Positions 27,394 to 39,042 of a DNA stretch of 64,000 bases are shown piece by piece. The DNA comes from Actinomycetota bacterium (GTDB lineage Bacteria > Actinomycetota > UBA4738 > HRBIN12), in contig BPGL01000001.1 of assembly GCA_026003015.1 (NCBI GenBank), positions 64,922 to 128,921 of the forward strand, given 5' to 3'. The notes under the pieces are model-generated. The model searched no databases, had not been told where the DNA came from, and saw nothing but the letters and a program-made list of their open reading frames with translations. A program made the position numbers and the translations under genes. Each line of letters opens with the position of its first letter. Positions within the stretch are counted from its first letter, which is position 1.

Positions 27394-28061
27394 AGCTGTT
27401 CCTGGATACCGCGAGCATCGAGGAGATCCGCGCGATCAAGCGCTGGGGGGTCCTCGGCGGCGTGACGACGAACCCGACCTTGGTCGGGCGCGAGCGGCAG
27501 GATCCCGAGCACGTGTGGAAGCGGATCCTCGACGAGGTCGACGGCGACGTCTCGCTCGAGACGACCGCGGTCGAGGCGGAGGCGATGGTCGAGGAGGGGC
27601 GGGCGCTCGCGGCCATGGGCCGCAACGCCGTCGTCAAGGTGCCGATGACCCCGGCCGGGCTCGAGGCGGGGCGACGCCTGACCGACGAGGGGATCCGGAT
27701 CAACGTGACGCTCGTGTTCTCCCCGGCACAGGCGCTGCTGGCCGCCGAGATCGGCGCCTACGTCGTGTCGCCGTTCCTCGGCAGGATCGACGACGTCGCC
27801 GGCGATGGGATGCACGCCCTGCGCCAGATCGTCGAGATCTATCGCGCCCAGGGGTACCCCACGAAGGTCCTCGCGGCCTCGCTCCGCCACCCGATGCACG
27901 TCGTTGAGGCGGCGCGCGCCGGTGCCGATATCGCGACGATGCCCTACGAGGTGTTCACGAAGCTGGTGAGCCACCCGCTCACCGATCTCGGCCTGGAGCG
28001 GTTCCTGGCCGACTGGCAGCAGCTCCGGCGCGAGCTGGAGGGAGAGGCACGGTCCTCATGA
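27390..28061 (+). CDS. tal: Transaldolase (Fsa/TalC-type, subfamily 3B)
   Basis: 223 aa with MKLFLDTA, TTNPTL and the Schiff-base Lys region (VVKVP). The GTG start overlaps the upstream stop. Confidence 0.85.
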   Translation: MKLFLDTASIEEIRAIKRWGVLGGVTTNPTLVGRERQDPEHVWKRILDEVDGDVSLETTAVEAEAMVEEGRALAAMGRNAVVKVPMTPAGLEAGRRLTDEGIRINVTLVFSPAQALLAAEIGAYVVSPFLGRIDDVAGDGMHALRQIVEIYRAQGYPTKVLAASLRHPMHVVEAARAGADIATMPYEVFTKLVSHPLTDLGLERFLADWQQLRRELEGEARSS

Positions 28062-29677
28062 CTGACATCACCACCGATCGAGCGGTCCTCGGCACGAAGC
28101 TCGTGCCCGAGCTCCAGGCGATCGCGCAGCGCCTGGGCGTCGAGGGCGCACAGAGGCTCCGGAAGGCCGGTCTGATCGACGCGATCGTCGAGCGCGCGAG
28201 CGCGGCCGACGGCAACGGGCGCGCGGGCCAAGGGCGACCCCGCGCCGCCCGGCAGGGGCCCGAGACGCCGTCGCGCGGCGACGAGCCGACGGCCGCGGGA
28301 ACGTCGACGCTCGTGGAGGACCGCCCGGCGCCCCCGACGGCACCGGGCGGGGCCGGCCGCGGCGGCGACGGCGGTGGTCGGGCCGACCGCGGCGGCGACG
28401 GCGGCGGCGAGGGCGGACGCGAGGATCGGCCGGAGCCGCGCGACCAGGGTGGCGAGCCCCAGGGGCGGCGCCGTCGGCCCTCGCGCGAGGAGCGTCGCCG
28501 GGCCCGCGAGGAGCGCCGGGCCCGCGAGGAGGCCGAGCGGGCCGAAGAGCTCGCCAACGCCCCCACGCGGGAGGGGATCCTCGACATCCTGCCCGAGGGG
28601 TACGGGTTCCTGCGCACGACCGGGTACCTGCCCGGCCCCGAGGACATCTACGTATCGGTCGGCCAGGTCCGGCGCTACGCGCTGCGCAAGGGCGACGTCG
28701 TCGCCGGGAAGGCCCGCCGCGCGCGGGACAACGAGAAGTACCCCGCGCTGCTCACGGTCGAGGCGGTGAACGAGCTCGACCCCGAGGAGGCCGCGAGGCG
28801 GCCCCTGTTCGACAAGCTGACCCCCCTGTTCCCTGAGGAGCGGTTCCGGCTCGAGAGCGGTCCCGAGGCGATCAGCGAGCGGATCATCGACATGATCGCG
28901 CCGATCGGTAAGGGCCAGCGGGGGATGGTCGTCTCACCGCCCAAGGCCGGCAAGACGACGATCCTCAAGCAGATCGCGAACGGGATCATCCACTCGGATC
29001 CGAAGACCCACGTGATGGTGCTGCTCGTCGACGAGCGGCCCGAGGAGGTCACCGACTGGCAGCGCACGGTCCGAGCGGCCGAGGTCGTGTACTCGACCTT
29101 CGACAAGCCGACCGACCAGCACATCCAGGTGACCGAGCTCGTGCTCGAGCGAGCCAAGCGCCTGGCGGAGCTCGGTCAGGACGTCGCGATCATCCTCGAC
29201 TCGCTGACGCGCCTGGCCCGCGCCTACAACCTCGCGATGCCGGCCTCGGGGAAGATCCTTACCGGCGGGATCGACGCCTCCGCCCTGTACCCTCCCCGTC
29301 GGTTCTTCGGCGCTGCGCGCAACATCGAGGAGGGCGGTTCGCTCACGATCATCGCGAGCGCGCTCGTCGAGACCGGCTCGCGTATGGACGACGGGATCTT
29401 CGAGGAGTTCAAGGGCACCGGGAACATGGAGCTGCGGCTCGACCGCCAGCTCGCCGAGAAGCGGCTGTTCCCCGCGATCAACGTCGACGCGTCGGGGACC
29501 CGCAAGGAGGAGCTGCTGCTGCCGGCCGAGGAGCTCGCGCTCGTGATCAAGCTGCGTCGCGTGCTGCACGCCCTCGAGCCGGGCGCGGCGCTCGAGCTGC
29601 TGATCGACAAGCTCCGCTCGACCCGTTCGAACGAGCAGTTCCTCCGGGAGATCGCGAAGGCGCCCGCCGGAGGATGA
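28058..29677 (+). CDS. rho: Transcription termination factor Rho (with actinobacterial RG-rich insertion)
   Basis: N-terminal domain, an R/G/D-rich insert, an OB fold and a RecA-like ATPase (PPKAGKTT). The ATG overlaps the tal stop. Confidence 0.9.
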   Translation: MTDITTDRAVLGTKLVPELQAIAQRLGVEGAQRLRKAGLIDAIVERASAADGNGRAGQGRPRAARQGPETPSRGDEPTAAGTSTLVEDRPAPPTAPGGAGRGGDGGGRADRGGDGGGEGGREDRPEPRDQGGEPQGRRRRPSREERRRAREERRAREEAERAEELANAPTREGILDILPEGYGFLRTTGYLPGPEDIYVSVGQVRRYALRKGDVVAGKARRARDNEKYPALLTVEAVNELDPEEAARRPLFDKLTPLFPEERFRLESGPEAISERIIDMIAPIGKGQRGMVVSPPKAGKTTILKQIANGIIHSDPKTHVMVLLVDERPEEVTDWQRTVRAAEVVYSTFDKPTDQHIQVTELVLERAKRLAELGQDVAIILDSLTRLARAYNLAMPASGKILTGGIDASALYPPRRFFGAARNIEEGGSLTIIASALVETGSRMDDGIFEEFKGTGNMELRLDRQLAEKRLFPAINVDASGTRKEELLLPAEELALVIKLRRVLHALEPGAALELLIDKLRSTRSNEQFLREIAKAPAGG

Positions 29678-29709
29678 ACCGACCCCGGCGCGGGGTGACA
29701 GGAGGAGGC

Positions 29710-29934
29710 ATGAAGCAGGGCATCCATCCCGAGTACCAGATCGCGAGCGTGCACTGCTCGTGCGGCGCGACGTTCCAGACGCGCTCGACCGTCGCGGAGA
29801 TCCGTGCGGAGATCTGCTCCCAGTGCCACCCCTTCTACACGGGGACCCAGAAGCTTGTGGACACCGGCGGTCGGGTCGAGCGGTTCCAGCGCCGGTACGC
29901 GAAGACCAGGCGCGTCGCCGAACCGCAGGACTGA
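29710..29934 (+). CDS. rpmE: 50S ribosomal protein L31 (zinc-ribbon type)
   Basis: MKQGIHPEY...CSCG...[18 protein letters not shown] lies 6 nt upstream of the ATG at 29710. Confidence 0.85.
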   Translation: MKQGIHPEYQIASVHCSCGATFQTRSTVAEIRAEICSQCHPFYTGTQKLVDTGGRVERFQRRYAKTRRVAEPQD

Positions 29935-29939
29935 GCGAG

Positions 29940-30842
29940 GTGGGTGAGGCCCGCGGCGCCCCCGCGCCGCTGTACGGCGGCCAGGCGGTCGTCGAGGGCG
30001 TCATGATGCGCGGGGCCGACCACTGGGCGGTGGCCGTGCGCCGCCCCGACGGACGGATCCACGTCGAGTCGCACGAGATCCGCTCGATCCAGCAGCGGCA
30101 TCCGATCTGGCGCCGCCCGGGCCTTCGGGGGATGGTGGTGCTCGGGCAGTCCCTCGTGATCGGCGTGCGCGCGCTCATGATCGCGGCCAACGTCGCCGCT
30201 CCGGAGGAGGAGCGCCTGACGAGCCGCCAGGCCGCCGCCTCGCTCGTCCTCGCGCTCGTGCTGTTCCTCGGCGTCTTCATCCTCGGCCCCGCGACCCTGT
30301 TCGCGTGGTTCGAGCGCCGCGTCGGCGGTGGCCTGTGGGTGAACGTGGTGGAGGGGCTCTTCCGCGTGCTGCTGCTCGTCGCCTACCTGTGGCTGATCGG
30401 GCGCGCCGGGGAGATCCGGCGGGTCTTCGCCTACCACGGCGCGGAGCACAAGACGATCGCGGCTCACGAGCATGGGGAGCCCCTCGTCGTGGAGCGGATC
30501 GACCGGTTCCCCAAGGAGCACGTGCGCTGCGGAACGAACTTCCTGCTGATCGTGATGATCACGACGATCTTCGTCTTCGCGCTGTTCGGAACCCCGCCGC
30601 TGCCGTGGCGGCTCGTCTCGCGGATCGTGGCCATCCCGCTGATCGCCGCGATCGCCTACGAGGCGCTGCGCTTGGGCGCCCGCTACTCGACGTCCCCGCT
30701 GATGCGCGCGCTGATGGCCCCGGGGCTGTGGCTGCAGCGGATCACGACCCGTGAGCCGGACGCCGATCAGATCGAGGTGGCGGTCGCCGCGTTCCGTGAG
30801 GTCCAGCGGCGCGAGGCCGAGGCGGCGGCCGACCGCGGCTGA
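29940..30842 (+). CDS. DUF1385 (YqhQ-like) membrane protein
   Basis: A GTG at 29940 gives an N-terminus ...LYGGQAVVEGVMMRG, like B. subtilis YqhQ, followed by multi-TM helices. It holds the conserved position between rpmE and prfA. Confidence 0.65.
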   Translation: MGEARGAPAPLYGGQAVVEGVMMRGADHWAVAVRRPDGRIHVESHEIRSIQQRHPIWRRPGLRGMVVLGQSLVIGVRALMIAANVAAPEEERLTSRQAAASLVLALVLFLGVFILGPATLFAWFERRVGGGLWVNVVEGLFRVLLLVAYLWLIGRAGEIRRVFAYHGAEHKTIAAHEHGEPLVVERIDRFPKEHVRCGTNFLLIVMITTIFVFALFGTPPLPWRLVSRIVAIPLIAAIAYEALRLGARYSTSPLMRALMAPGLWLQRITTREPDADQIEVAVAAFREVQRREAEAAADRG

Positions 30843-30922
30843 TCCCGAGCGACGCGGTCGTTGCATCCGCGGTCTTCGGGGTCGAAGATGATGCGATCCG
30901 CGAACGACCCGGAGGTCCCGCC

Positions 30923-31693
30923 ATGACCGAGCTCGACCTGCCGCTGCTGCCGAGCGCCGAGCAGATCCGTCGACGCGAGTTCGCGACCGTACGGCGCGGC
31001 TACGACCCCGACCAGGTCCGAGACTACCTCCGCCAGGTCGCCGAGCAGGTGGAGCGGCTCGAGCGCGAGCTGCGCGAGGCGAAGCTCCGCGGTGCCGCCT
31101 CGGCCGAGCCCGCGGCCGAACGGATCGAGGACGCGTCGACCGAGCGGGCCGACGCGGCCGCGGCGGCAGATCCGTACGACGCGCTCGCGAAGCGGATGTC
31201 GAACCTGATCGCCGCCGCCGACCGCGAGGCGGCGACGCTTCGTCGCGACGCCGAACGCGAGGCCGAGCGTCTGCTCGAACAGGCGCGCGCGGAGGCCGAC
31301 CGGATCCGCGTCGACGCCCAGGCGCGGGCCGAGGCGGCCCGCCAGGAGGGCGCCGAGGCGCTCGCCAGCGCGCGCGAGGAGGCCGATCGGCTCCTGTCGA
31401 CGCTGTCGGAGCGCCGCGCGGCGCTCGTCGAGCAGATGCGCGTGATGCGCGAGCGGCTGCTCTCGGTCGCCCAGGAGCTCGGCGCCGAGCTCGACGAGGC
31501 CGAGGAGCAGGGGGAGGCCGAAAAGCGGCGGCCGACCGGCGGGGGGTCCGCCGGCGGGCGATCCGAGGAGCTCCTGGACCCCCGTTACGAGGACCTGTGG
31601 GTCTCGCGGTCCGACGAGCCGCCCGGCGGCGTCGACATCCCCGACCTCGCCACGATCGACCTCGACCTCGACGACGACCCCGGATCCGGCTGA
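30923..31693 (+). CDS. DivIVA domain-containing protein
   Basis: N-terminal DivIVA motif EFATVRRGYDPDQVRDYL followed by a long coiled-coil. Confidence 0.7.
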   Translation: MTELDLPLLPSAEQIRRREFATVRRGYDPDQVRDYLRQVAEQVERLERELREAKLRGAASAEPAAERIEDASTERADAAAAADPYDALAKRMSNLIAAADREAATLRRDAEREAERLLEQARAEADRIRVDAQARAEAARQEGAEALASAREEADRLLSTLSERRAALVEQMRVMRERLLSVAQELGAELDEAEEQGEAEKRRPTGGGSAGGRSEELLDPRYEDLWVSRSDEPPGGVDIPDLATIDLDLDDDPGSG

Positions 31694-31777
31694 GCCGTCC
31701 TCCCACCGGGCCGGCGATCGGGCTGGCGGGCGGGGGCCCGCCCTCGGGCGGGTCCGCGCTGGGAGAATCCGGACGGG

Positions 31778-32866
31778 ATGACGACCGGGATCGACGACGC
31801 CCTCGCCGAGATCGAGCAGGCCTACGAGCGGGTCGAGGCCGAGCTCGCCGAGCCCGAGGTCGCGCGCGATCCCGATCGGCTCCGCGAGCTGGGACGACGC
31901 CTGGCCGAGCTCGAGGCGATCGTTCGACCGCTGCGCGCCTGGCGGGCCGCCGAGGCCGCCGCCGCCGACGCCCGCGAGCTCGCCGCCGCGGAGGCCGACC
32001 CCGCGATGGCCACCTACTTCGAGGAGGAGGCGCGAGCGGCCGAGGCTCGAGCGGCGGAGCTGCGCGCCGAGCTCGAGCGGGCGCTCGTGCCGCGGGACCC
32101 GAACGAGGGACGCGATGTGATCGTGGAGATCCGCGCCGGGGCCGGGGGACAGGAGGCGGCGCTGTGGGCCGGCGACCTCCTGGAGATGTACCGGCGTCTG
32201 GCCGAGCGCCACCGCTGGCGCGCCGAGGTGCTCGCGTCCTCCCCCTCGGAGCTCGGGGGCTTCAAGGAGGTCTCGCTCGAGGTCCGGGGCGCCGACGCGT
32301 GGTCGCGTCTCAAGCACGAGGCGGGGGTCCACCGGGTGCAGCGCGTGCCCGCGACCGAGTCGCAGGGGCGGATCCACACGTCGACAGCGACCGTCGCCGT
32401 GATGCCGGCTGCGGAGGAGGTCGAGGTGGAGCTCCGACCCGAAGATCTGCAGATCGACGTGTTCCGATCGAGCGGTCCGGGCGGCCAGTCGGTCAACACC
32501 ACCGACTCGGCGGTGCGCATCGTCCACCGCCCCACGGGGATCAAGGTCGAGGTCCAGGAGGAGCGCTCGCAGCTGCAGAACCGCGAGAAGGCGATGCGGT
32601 ACCTGCGGGCCCGGCTGCTGCGGATCGCTCAGGAGGAGGCCCGGGCCCAGGAGGCGGCGACGCGTCGAGCCCAGCTCGGCACCGGCGAGCGGGCGGAGAA
32701 GATCCGCACCTACAACTTCCCGGAGGGGCGCGTGACCGATCACCGGATCAAGCTCACGACCCACCGGCTGCCCGAGGTCCTGGCCGGGGGCGAGGAGCTC
32801 GACCGGATCGTGGACGCCCTGCTCGTGGCCGAACGCGCCGCGGAGCTCGGGGAGGTGCGGGCGTGA
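31778..32866 (+). CDS. prfA: Peptide chain release factor 1
   Basis: PAT-like region, the GGQ motif (SGPGGQSVN) and a typical length. Confidence 0.9.
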   Translation: MTTGIDDALAEIEQAYERVEAELAEPEVARDPDRLRELGRRLAELEAIVRPLRAWRAAEAAAADARELAAAEADPAMATYFEEEARAAEARAAELRAELERALVPRDPNEGRDVIVEIRAGAGGQEAALWAGDLLEMYRRLAERHRWRAEVLASSPSELGGFKEVSLEVRGADAWSRLKHEAGVHRVQRVPATESQGRIHTSTATVAVMPAAEEVEVELRPEDLQIDVFRSSGPGGQSVNTTDSAVRIVHRPTGIKVEVQEERSQLQNREKAMRYLRARLLRIAQEEARAQEAATRRAQLGTGERAEKIRTYNFPEGRVTDHRIKLTTHRLPEVLAGGEELDRIVDALLVAERAAELGEVRA

Positions 32867-33699
32867 CGCCGGCCCCTGCGGAGGTCCTCCGACGCGCCGT
32901 CGGCTACCTCGAGCGCCACGGCGTCGACCAGCCGCGCTCGACCGCGGAGCTCCTGCTGATGCGCGTGCTCGGGGTCGACCGCGCGGGGCTGTACGCGCGA
33001 CGAACGCCGCTGGCGCCCGAGGAGGCGCGGGCGTTCGGGCGGCTGCTGTGCCGGCGCTGTGCCGGCGACCCGACCCAGCACCTCACCGGCGAGGCCGGCT
33101 TCCGTCGGCTCGTGCTCGAGGTGGGGCCTGGCGTGTTCGTCCCGCGGCCGGAGACGGAGGTGCTCGTCGACGCGGCGATCGACCGGATCGACGCGGCCGG
33201 TCTCGAGGGGCCGGTCGTCGACGTGGGCACCGGCTCGGGCGCGATCGCGCTCGCCATCGCCGACGAGCGGCCCGGCCGACGCGTCCTCGCGACGGAGCGA
33301 TCGCCGATCGCCGCCGCCGTGGCCCGACGCAACGCCGCGCGTCTCGGGCTGGCCGTGGAGGTCCTGGAGGGAGACCTCCTCGATCCGCTGCCGGACGAGC
33401 TCCGCGGCCGCGTGGCGCTCGTCGTCAGCAACCCCCCCTACCTGGACCCCAGCGAGGACCTGCCGCGGGAGGTCCGCGCCGACCCGCCCGAGGCGCTGTT
33501 CGGTGGCCTCGGCGGCTACGAGCGGCTGTTCCGCCAGGCGCGCCGATGGCTCGGCCCGGGCGGCGGCGTCGCCGTCGAGCTCGATCCGCGATCGACCTCG
33601 GCGATCCGCGTCGCCGCCGTGCAGGCCGGCCTCGAGCCCCTCGAGGTCCGCCGCGACCTGGCCGGTCGCGAGCGGGTCCTCGTCGCCCGCGTCCCATGA
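32863..33699 (+). CDS. prmC: Release factor glutamine N5-methyltransferase
   Basis: The GTG at 32863 overlaps the prfA stop. It has a SAM motif ([11 protein letters not shown]) and NPPY. Confidence 0.85.
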   Translation: MTPAPAEVLRRAVGYLERHGVDQPRSTAELLLMRVLGVDRAGLYARRTPLAPEEARAFGRLLCRRCAGDPTQHLTGEAGFRRLVLEVGPGVFVPRPETEVLVDAAIDRIDAAGLEGPVVDVGTGSGAIALAIADERPGRRVLATERSPIAAAVARRNAARLGLAVEVLEGDLLDPLPDELRGRVALVVSNPPYLDPSEDLPREVRADPPEALFGGLGGYERLFRQARRWLGPGGGVAVELDPRSTSAIRVAAVQAGLEPLEVRRDLAGRERVLVARVP

Positions 33700-34328
33700 C
33701 GGACCCGGTCGCCGAGGCGGCCGCGGCGCTCGAGCGTGGCGAGCTCGTGGTGCTGCCCACCGACACGGTCTACGGACTCGCCGCTCGGCCCGACGACCCG
33801 GCCGCGACCGAGGCGATCTTCCGCGCGAAGGGACGTCCGAAGGACCTCACGCTGCCGGTGCTCGTCGCCTCCCTCGAGGACGCCCGGCGGGTCGGGGTCC
33901 TCGATCCGAGGGCGGAACGGCTCGCCCGCGCGTTGTGGCCGGGGCCCGCCACCCTCGTCGTGCCCCGCACCGAGGCGAGCCGCCCGTGGTCCCTCGGCGG
34001 GCAGGGCGAGACGGTCGGGCTGCGCATCCCGGATCATCGGCTGGCACGAGCGCTCCTCGTGCGAACCGGCCCCCTCGCGGTGACGAGCGCCAACCGTTCG
34101 GGGGAGCCGCCGGCCGCGACCTGTGAGGAGCTCGTCGGGATCTTCGGCGACCGCGTCGCGGTCTACCTGTGCGACGAGGCCGAGCCGCTCGCCGGCCGTC
34201 CCTCGACGGTCGTCGACCTCGCCGACGAGCGCCCGCGGGTGCTGCGGGCCGGTGCCCTGGACCCCGCGACGATCGATCGCCTCCTGGCCGGCGAGGACCC
34301 GCTGCTAGACTCCGGCCCTCGCGGATGA
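33696..34328 (+). CDS. tsaC: L-threonylcarbamoyladenylate synthase (YrdC/Sua5/TsaC family)
   Basis: The ATG overlaps the prmC stop. It has a YrdC fold (VVLPTDTVYGLAA, TSANRSGEPP). Confidence 0.8.
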   Translation: MTDPVAEAAAALERGELVVLPTDTVYGLAARPDDPAATEAIFRAKGRPKDLTLPVLVASLEDARRVGVLDPRAERLARALWPGPATLVVPRTEASRPWSLGGQGETVGLRIPDHRLARALLVRTGPLAVTSANRSGEPPAATCEELVGIFGDRVAVYLCDEAEPLAGRPSTVVDLADERPRVLRAGALDPATIDRLLAGEDPLLDSGPRG

Positions 34329-34918
34329 GCTCGATCCTCGTCGTGTGCACCGGCAACGTCTGCCGATCCCCGATCGCGGAGGGGCTGTTGCGGCGCGCGC
34401 TCGGGCGCCGGCTCGGCGACGAGGCGCCGCAGGTCACGTCGGCGGGCACGGACGGCTGGGCGGGCTCCGGCGCGACCGATCTCGCGATCCGGGCCGCGGC
34501 CGAGCGCGGGGTTGACATCGCGTCTCACGTCGCGCGGCGGCTCGAGCCCGGCGACGTGGAGGAGGCCGACCTCGTCGTGGCGATGGCCCGCGAGCATCGC
34601 GAGCACGTCGTCGCGCTCGTGCCGTCGGCGGCCGATCGGACGTTCACGCTGAAGGAGCTCGTTCGTCTCCTCGACGGCCTAGACCTTGCGCCGGGGGCCG
34701 ACCTCGCGGCTCAGGTCGGCGCCGCCGCGGCCGCGAGGAGGGCGAGGGCCGGCGCCGCGGCCGACGAGGACGTGGCCGACCCGCTCGGGGAGCCCCTCGA
34801 GACCTACCGGGCCATCGCCTGGGAGCTCGAGGGATGGATCGAGCGGCTGGCCGAGGCCCTCGCGCCGTCGGCGCGCACCGACCCCGCCGATGGCGCCGCC
34901 CGCGGGGGGACCGGCTAG
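34325..34918 (+). CDS. Low-molecular-weight protein-tyrosine phosphatase
   Basis: P-loop CTGNVCRSP near the N-terminus and a DP motif. The ATG overlaps the upstream stop. Confidence 0.8.
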   Translation: MSSILVVCTGNVCRSPIAEGLLRRALGRRLGDEAPQVTSAGTDGWAGSGATDLAIRAAAERGVDIASHVARRLEPGDVEEADLVVAMAREHREHVVALVPSAADRTFTLKELVRLLDGLDLAPGADLAAQVGAAAAARRARAGAAADEDVADPLGEPLETYRAIAWELEGWIERLAEALAPSARTDPADGAARGGTG

Positions 34919-35368
34919 GTGCGGATCGCGATCGGCTCCGACCACGCGGGCTTCGCGCTCAAGCAGGAGCTCGCGGCGTTCCTGCGGGAAGAGGGCCACG
35001 AGGTCGTGGACGTGGGCACGGACTCCAGCGAGCCGATCGACTACCCCGTCTACTGCTTGCTCGTCGCCCGGGCCGTTGCCGATGGGGCGGTCGAGCGCGG
35101 TATCGTCCTGGGCGGATCGGGCCAGGGAGAGCAGATCGCCGCGAACAAGGTCCGCGGGATCCGCGCGGCGCTGTGCCACGATCTGTGGATGGCCCAGATG
35201 GCCCGACGGCACAACGACGCGAACGTGCTGAGCATGGGTGGACGGGTGGTCGCGCCCGACTACGCGAAGGAGATCGTCCGCGCGTGGCTCGCCACCCCGT
35301 TCGACGGGGGACGCCACGCGCGGCGGATCGAGCAGATCGCCCGCATCGAGCGAGGGGAGCAGCCATGA
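34919..35368 (+). CDS. rpiB: Ribose-5-phosphate isomerase B
   Basis: 149 aa of the RpiB/LacAB family ([23 protein letters not shown]). Confidence 0.85.
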   Translation: MRIAIGSDHAGFALKQELAAFLREEGHEVVDVGTDSSEPIDYPVYCLLVARAVADGAVERGIVLGGSGQGEQIAANKVRGIRAALCHDLWMAQMARRHNDANVLSMGGRVVAPDYAKEIVRAWLATPFDGGRHARRIEQIARIERGEQP

Positions 35369-36630
35369 AGGGGTACGTGGCGGACTGGGAGGCGCTGCAG
35401 CGCACGGATCCCGAGGTCGCGGAGGCGATCGCCGGGGAGCTGGAGCGGGAGCGGACCACGCTGCGGCTCATCGCCTCGGAGAACTACGCGAGCCCGGCGG
35501 TGCTCGCCGCCCTCGGCTCGACGATGACGAACAAGTACGCGGAGGGCTACCCGGGCCGGCGCTACTACGGCGGCTGCGGGTTCGTCGACGTGACCGAGCA
35601 GCTCGCGATCGACCGGGCCAAGCAGCTGTTCGGTGCCGACCACGCGAACGTGCAGCCCCACGCCGGCGCGCAGGCGAACCTGGCGGTCTTCGGCGCCTTC
35701 CTGCAGCCGCGGGACCCCAGCGAGAAGGTGCTGGGGATGGTGCTCGCCCACGGCGGGCACCTCACCCACGGCTCACCGGTCAACGTCTCGGGGATGTGGT
35801 TCCACTTCGTCGGCTACGAGGTCGACCGGGAGACCGAGCGGCTCGACATGGATCGCGTGCGCGACCTCGCCCACGAGCACCGCCCGAAGATCATCCTGGC
35901 CGGGTACACGGCCTACCCGCGGGAGATCGACTTCGGGGCGTTCCGACAGATCGCCGACGAGGTCGGGGCGCTCTTGTGGGTCGATGCGTCGCACTTCATG
36001 GGGCTCGTCGCCGGGGGGGTCTACCCGAGCCCGGTGCCCTACGCCGACGTCGTCACCTTCACCACGCACAAGACCCTACGGGGTCCGCGCGGGGCGATGA
36101 TCCTGTGCCGCGAGGAGCACGCCCAGGCGATCGACAAGGCCGTGTTCCCGATGATGCAGGGGGGTCCGCTGGAGCACTGCATCGCGGCGAAGGCCGTGTG
36201 CCTCAAGGAGGCGATGAGCGAAGGGTTCCGCGCCTACGCGGAACGCACCGTCCGCGACGCGCGCGCGATCGCCGCCGCGCTGGCCGACGAGGGGCTGCGG
36301 ATCGTCTCGGGGGGAACGGATTCCCACCTGCTGCTGGCCGACGTTCGCCCGCTCGGCCTGGACGGGAAGCGGTCCGAGGCGGTGCTGGACGAGGTGGGGA
36401 TCGCGCTGAACAAGAACCAGATCCCCTACGACCCCAACCCGCCCTCGACGCCGAGCGGGATCCGCATCGGCACCCCGGCCGTGGCCACGCTCGGGATGGA
36501 CGAGCCCGAGATGCGCGAGGTCGCTTCGATCGTCGGCGAGGTCCTGCGCAGCCCCGACGACGCGGGCGTGAAGGACAAGGCTCGGGCCCGGGTCCGCGAT
36601 CTGATGCAGCGCTACCCCGTCTACCCGTAG
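35365..36630 (+). CDS. glyA: Serine hydroxymethyltransferase
   Basis: The ATG at 35365 overlaps the rpiB stop. It has a PLP region ([11 protein letters not shown]) and a full-length SHMT. Confidence 0.9.
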   Translation: MKGYVADWEALQRTDPEVAEAIAGELERERTTLRLIASENYASPAVLAALGSTMTNKYAEGYPGRRYYGGCGFVDVTEQLAIDRAKQLFGADHANVQPHAGAQANLAVFGAFLQPRDPSEKVLGMVLAHGGHLTHGSPVNVSGMWFHFVGYEVDRETERLDMDRVRDLAHEHRPKIILAGYTAYPREIDFGAFRQIADEVGALLWVDASHFMGLVAGGVYPSPVPYADVVTFTTHKTLRGPRGAMILCREEHAQAIDKAVFPMMQGGPLEHCIAAKAVCLKEAMSEGFRAYAERTVRDARAIAAALADEGLRIVSGGTDSHLLLADVRPLGLDGKRSEAVLDEVGIALNKNQIPYDPNPPSTPSGIRIGTPAVATLGMDEPEMREVASIVGEVLRSPDDAGVKDKARARVRDLMQRYPVYP

Positions 36631-36638
36631 CCGGCCCC

Positions 36639-37772
36639 GTGTCGGCGTACCTGGTCGTCGCCCTCGTCGCCGGCGTGACGACCTTCTCGCTCACGCCGCT
36701 CGTCCGGCTGCTGTCCCTGCGCACGGGTGTGATCGACCGACCGGGCGATCGCAAGGTGCACCCGCGGCCCACGCCCACGCTCGGCGGGCTGGCGATGTAC
36801 GGGGGGCTGCTCGCCGGGATGGGGGCGTCGTTCGCCCTGCCGTTCTTCGACGAGGTGCACGCCGCCAGCCCGGAGCCGCTCGCGGTCGTCGTGACGGCCA
36901 CCCTGATCGTGGCGCTCGGCGTCGTCGACGACGCGCGGGGCCTGCGCGCGGTCACGAAGGCCACGGCGCAGGTCTTCGTCGCCGGTGTGCTCGCGCTGCT
37001 CGGCGTCGTGCTCGCCTACGTGTGGGTCCCGCTGCTGTCGGGCCCGGAGGGCTCGGTCGGGCAGGTCCTCGTCGTTTCGGCGGACCTCGCCGTGCCCCTG
37101 ACGATCCTGTGGGTGGTCGCGGTGGTCAACGCGGTGAACCTGATCGACGGCCTGGACGGCCTGGCGGCCGGCATGGTGGCGATCGCGAGCCTCGCCTTCT
37201 TCGTCTACCTCGAGCGCAGCGGCGGCCTGTTCGGCCAAGCCTCGGAGGCGGCCCTCCTGTCCGCGATCATCACCGGCGTGTGCGTGGGGTTCCTTCCCTG
37301 GAACTTCCACCCGGCCCGGATCTTCATGGGCGACGCCGGGTCGATGCTGCTCGGGTTGCTGATGGCGATCGCCACGATCTCCGGGATCGGGCGCAACCCC
37401 TACCCGCCTTCGGCGGGGGACTTCGCGGCGATCGCGGGACCCCTGCTCGTGCCGCTCCTCGTCTTGCTGATCCCCCTCCTCGACGTGCTGGCGGCGGTGG
37501 TCCGGCGCACCCGCCGCGGGCAGCGGATCGGGCATCCCGACAAGGAGCACCTGCACCACCGGCTCCTGGACATCGGCCACAGCCACCGGCGGGCCGTCCT
37601 GCTGATGTACCTGTGGAGCGCCCTGATCTCGGGCAGCACCCTCGCGGTGGGCCTGATCGACGGCCGGCTCACGGTGGGGCTGATCCTCGCCGGCGCGCTG
37701 GTCCTGTTCGTGGCGACGGCGCTTCCGCGCCTGGCCGAGCGACGCCGGGGAGGGGCCGCGCCGGCCGGGTAG
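36639..37772 (+). CDS. wecA: UDP-GlcNAc:undecaprenyl-phosphate GlcNAc-1-phosphate transferase (WecA/Rfe, GT4 MraY-like)
   Basis: GTG start, multi-TM, with the motifs DDxxG-like (VVDDARG) and NAVNLIDGLDGLA. It holds the syntenic position before the atp operon, as in mycobacteria. Confidence 0.75.
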   Translation: MSAYLVVALVAGVTTFSLTPLVRLLSLRTGVIDRPGDRKVHPRPTPTLGGLAMYGGLLAGMGASFALPFFDEVHAASPEPLAVVVTATLIVALGVVDDARGLRAVTKATAQVFVAGVLALLGVVLAYVWVPLLSGPEGSVGQVLVVSADLAVPLTILWVVAVVNAVNLIDGLDGLAAGMVAIASLAFFVYLERSGGLFGQASEAALLSAIITGVCVGFLPWNFHPARIFMGDAGSMLLGLLMAIATISGIGRNPYPPSAGDFAAIAGPLLVPLLVLLIPLLDVLAAVVRRTRRGQRIGHPDKEHLHHRLLDIGHSHRRAVLLMYLWSALISGSTLAVGLIDGRLTVGLILAGALVLFVATALPRLAERRRGGAAPAG

Positions 37773-37914
37773 AACCGCCCGCTTGGACGTTCCGTACAAC
37801 GTGATGTGATGGGTACGTCGCCGGCGGCGGTTCCGTGAGGGCGGCAACGCTGGTGATGATGCCGCGCCCGTGGCATCATGCCCCGGCATCGGGTCCGTTC
37901 CGAGGGGGTGATAC

Positions 37915-39042
37915 GTGCCGGAGGTCGACGTACGGCTCGAGCGCGTGACGAAGCGCTTCGGCGAGGTCGTGGCGGTCGACGACCTGTCGCTGGACATCGC
38001 CGAGGGTGAGTTCTTCAGCCTCCTCGGGCCGTCGGGGTGCGGCAAGACGACGACCCTGCGGATGATCGGGGGGTTCGAGGACCCAACGATGGGGACGGTC
38101 TACCTCGGTGGACGCGACGTCACCGACCTGCCCCCCTACCGCCGGGACGTCAACACGGTGTTCCAGTCCTACGCGCTGTTCCCGCACCTCAACGTCTTCG
38201 AGAACGTCGCGTTCGGGTTGCGCCGACGCAAGGTGCCCAAGGACGAGATCGCGACGCGGGTCCGCGAGGCGATGCGGCTCGTCGACCTCGAGGGCTTCGA
38301 GGAGCGCCGGCCCGCCCAGATGTCGGGCGGGCAGCAGCAGCGGGTCGCGCTGGCCCGTGCCCTGGTGAACCGGCCCAAGGTGCTCTTGCTCGACGAGCCG
38401 CTGGGGGCCCTCGACCTGAAGCTCCGCAAGCAGATGCAGCTCGAGCTCAAGCGGATCCAGCAGGAGGTTGGCATCACGTTCATCTACGTGACGCACGACC
38501 AGGAAGAGGCCATGACGATGTCGAACCGGATCGCGGTCATGCGTCACGGGCGGATCGAGCAGCTCGGGGAGCCGGAGGCCGTCTACGAGAACCCCGCGAC
38601 CGAGTTCGTCGCGGGGTTCCTCGGCGCTTCGAACCTGCTCGAAGGGGAGGTCAAGGAGACGAACGGATCGGGGTTGGCGACCGTGCTGCTGACCGCGGGG
38701 CCGTCGGTGCGCCTGCCGGTGGACCGTCTCCCCGCCGGCGCCACGGGCCGCGTGAAGGTCGGTGTGCGGCCCGAGAAGGTGTCGATCGCCCCCGAGGGCG
38801 AGGCCGGGCCGGCCGACCGCAACACCGTGACGGGCCGGGTCACGATGTCCACGTACATCGGCGTGAGCCACCAGTTCAAGGTCCAGACGGCCGGCGGGGC
38901 GGAGCTCACCGTCTACGTACAGAACCTCGGGGCCGAGCGCTCCCCCGCGCAGGGGGAGAGCGTGGTCCTGACCTGGAAGCCGGAGCACACGTTCGCCGTG
39001 GAGCCGCAGGAGGACCTAACGAGCGAGGAGGATGAGGGATGA
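37915..39042 (+). CDS. potA: Spermidine/putrescine ABC transporter ATP-binding protein
   Basis: Walker [10 protein letters not shown], signature LSGGQQQRV and a C-terminal TOBE domain. GAGGGGG serves as ribosome-binding site. Confidence 0.85.
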   Translation: MPEVDVRLERVTKRFGEVVAVDDLSLDIAEGEFFSLLGPSGCGKTTTLRMIGGFEDPTMGTVYLGGRDVTDLPPYRRDVNTVFQSYALFPHLNVFENVAFGLRRRKVPKDEIATRVREAMRLVDLEGFEERRPAQMSGGQQQRVALARALVNRPKVLLLDEPLGALDLKLRKQMQLELKRIQQEVGITFIYVTHDQEEAMTMSNRIAVMRHGRIEQLGEPEAVYENPATEFVAGFLGASNLLEGEVKETNGSGLATVLLTAGPSVRLPVDRLPAGATGRVKVGVRPEKVSIAPEGEAGPADRNTVTGRVTMSTYIGVSHQFKVQTAGGAELTVYVQNLGAERSPAQGESVVLTWKPEHTFAVEPQEDLTSEEDEG

